Shown here: positions 61,901 to 64,000 of the stretch, piece by piece
Layout of the letters: each line of letters begins with the position of its first letter
How positions within the stretch are numbered: position 1 is the first letter of the stretch
Source of the DNA: Azolla caroliniana
Lineage: Eukaryota > Plantae > Polypodiophyta
Assembly (NCBI GenBank): GCA_043228905.1
Contig: JBHGNT010000004.1
Span: forward strand, 11,966,001 to 12,030,000
Direction: 5' to 3'
Length of the DNA stretch: 64,000 nucleotides
Position numbers and translations under genes: made by a program
The notes under the pieces: generated by a model
Seen by the model: the letters and a program-made list of their open reading frames with translations, nothing else
What the model was told of the DNA's origin: nothing
Database searches by the model: none

Positions 61901-62256
61901 TTTAGATTTACTCAAAATTTAGCACATGCATGTGCTTTCTCTTGCGTTTGGAGAAATTGTTGAGTAACTTTGTATATTCTTCTCTTTCTTTGAATAAGCC
62001 TCTTATACTCATGCAAATGTTTTTGGTAATTTTCTTTATACTTAACTATGTCCAAAACCATAAGGCACTTTCGAGTTTGACGACATTATTTATCAAACCA
62101 TTTTTTCCTAAAATTCTAGGTGCATTTCCAAGACGTGCGGTTGGTCGAAAAACATTTGTTTGTACAGGAGAGAATGACTTTCTTAAAAGCTTCCCATTTG
62201 CATTCTAGTGTGACACCATGTTCTATCTTTGTCATTTGTAACATATCCTCAACCAT

Positions 62257-62302
<46 letters not shown>

Positions 62303-62324
62303 TTTTATTATTGTCCTCGATCAT
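58975..62324 (-). mobile_element. Head-to-tail degenerate LINE remnants (RTEX-like): ~58975-59300, 59301-62259, 62260-62324
   Basis: RT motifs GFRKHHSTIDH, FVDFKKAFD, QGCPLSP, YEDD and KYLG. C-terminal ETGHW...CTLC...HTLIQC. The 3' ends abut (CT)n tracts. Confidence 0.85.
59655..60004 (-). mobile_element. 350-bp solo-LTR-like insert in the LINE
   Basis: TGTAA...TTACA termini, higher GC and a minus-strand TATAAATA near 59910. It interrupts the LINE frame. No clean TSD. Confidence 0.5.
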
Positions 62325-64000
62325 TGTTGAGCGGACAAGCTCAACCGGATCCGGATCGGCTGAATAAGCCAGAGCCGGGTTGTATCCGTATCATATCCGG
62401 AACAAAGAGGCCGGATCGGGGAGCCAGATCATAATCCGGATCAGTATGAACCGGTATGCTGTTAGAGGCCTACGAATCTAGCCTAGTACGCAGACATATT
62501 TTTGGGAGTCAGAGTCATTAGCTCAGTAAGAGCATTAAAGTATTAGTCAATGCTTTAGTTAGTCCTCTTAAAGGGCTTGTATAAATAGTGCTACCAAGCA
62601 CATTTTGTATAGACAGAGATTATTATTGTGTTTCTAAATATGAACGTTTTGCTGTTTTGCTCAACTCTGTCTCTCCCGTGTATATGTGTTGAGGATTCCA
62701 TTAAACCTTTATCTTCGTGTTCTGTTGTTATCTAGCTTAGCCGGTTTGTCATAGCTTCCGCATATTCACTTTTACATGGTATCAGAGCGAGAGGGTTGAG
62801 AACCTACACAACCGACGAGCGATTTCCGAAGAGAAACCATAATACCTAGTAGAGAACAGAAAGGAAGAAGATTAGAATGGATCGAGGAATGGCTAGCTCG
62901 CTTTCGACGGAGAAGCTTGACAGATCCAACTACGCATCTTGGTCATACAAGATGCACAAGTACCTACTTGGGCATGGCTACTGGAGTTATGTCGACGAAG
63001 CGAATGATACAACACTTAATGCGGCACACATGGACTTTTCGGCTTGGGAACAAGTGGGAAGCACGGTAATGTACTGCTTCACGTCCAGTGTCGGTGATAA
63101 GCTGCTCAACCATATTCAGGATGTCAAGATGCCAAAGGAAGCTTGGGAAAATCTGGAAAAGTTTTTTGCCACAAGCACCATGGCTCGAAAGGTGCAACTC
63201 CAACAAGAGTTGAGCAATGTCCGATAGGACATGTCGGTGGCCTATTACACGGTCCGGATTAAAGAGATCCCTGACTCACTTGCCTCCATAAACGTGACCG
63301 TCGAGGAAGATCAATGGTGCATGTCTATCTCGGGGCCATGGCATCAAAGTTCGGAGCATTCCGGACTGTGGTCTGTACAAGGGAGAAGACACTTGATTTT
63401 CGACTTTCACTCGATGCTCCTAGTAGAGTAGAACCATGCGTGTGCGTCAACAAGTATGCACGCCGACAACAAGATGTTGTACATTGAGCGAAGGGGCCCC
63501 GTGGTCATGGTGGATGAGGCGGATCGGCGTGCGGTGGAAGCAGCTGACAAGAACCGAACTGGAGGCACAAGGATGGTGCCGAAAATAGTCCCGGACACTC
63601 CATAAGTAGGGGGAGTCAAGGCGGAGCCGAGAACCAGCAAGAGAAGACCGCAATAGAATGTTGGTATTGTGGCTAGAAGGGCCATAGAGAGAGCGAGTGC
63701 TAGAAAAAGCATGCCGACTCGGACAAGTCCGGATCTGGCAAGGCCGGATGCGGAAGCCGACAAAGCTTGCACTACACCGTAGAACCGAAGGATCCGGTTC
63801 CGGAAATGGATCGGGCCCATCCTTTGTGATGAAATACAAAGCTAATTCGATGAAGACAAGCACCTCAAAACAGAATGAAGTATGGTACGTTGATTCCGGA
63901 GCGTCAAATCACATCACAAGCCACAAGGAGTGGTTTTCTTATCTGCAAAAACCAGAATAACCAGGGCTTGTCGAAACTAGTGATCACACCCCACATACTA
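62325..64000 (+). mobile_element. 5' part of degenerate copia element G (family of D and E)
   Basis: LTR at 62325-62776 (TGTTGAG...TTTACA), PBS TGGTATCAGAGC at 62777-62788, gag MDRGMASSLSTEKLDR from 62877 and protease WYVDSGAS near 63885. Confidence 0.92.

Overview
Eukaryotic plant nuclear DNA, probably a non-seed vascular plant such as a fern; this is an inference from the PLS-type PPR gene, the RTEX-like LINEs and the retroelement types. Bases 1-28.8 kb are one Russian-doll transposon stack that can be rebuilt from LTR ends, TSDs and interrupted reading frames: LINE < copia D < gypsy B' < gypsy A < gypsy B < copia C, plus a hAT-like insert, copia E and copia F inside copia D. At 28791-35592 lies an apparently intact Mutator-superfamily DNA transposon. 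It has 112-bp hairpin-containing TIRs, a perfect 12-bp TSD and a 1045-aa transposase carrying an extra integrase-type HHCC zinc module. Host genes follow: a PLS-E PPR gene, an 11-exon MAP70 gene (with a GC-AG intron and a ~90-bp hairpin tandem array in its last intron) and a small one-helix LHC-like gene. The window ends in head-to-tail RTEX-like LINE remnants and the 5' part of another copia. The most unusual signals are the 12-bp-TSD MULE, strong CCGG enrichment shared by unrelated LTR families, a gag swap between two copia relatives, 3 versus 6 U3 repeat copies between sister LTRs, and a large extra ORF in gypsy A. All alignments and counts were done by eye.
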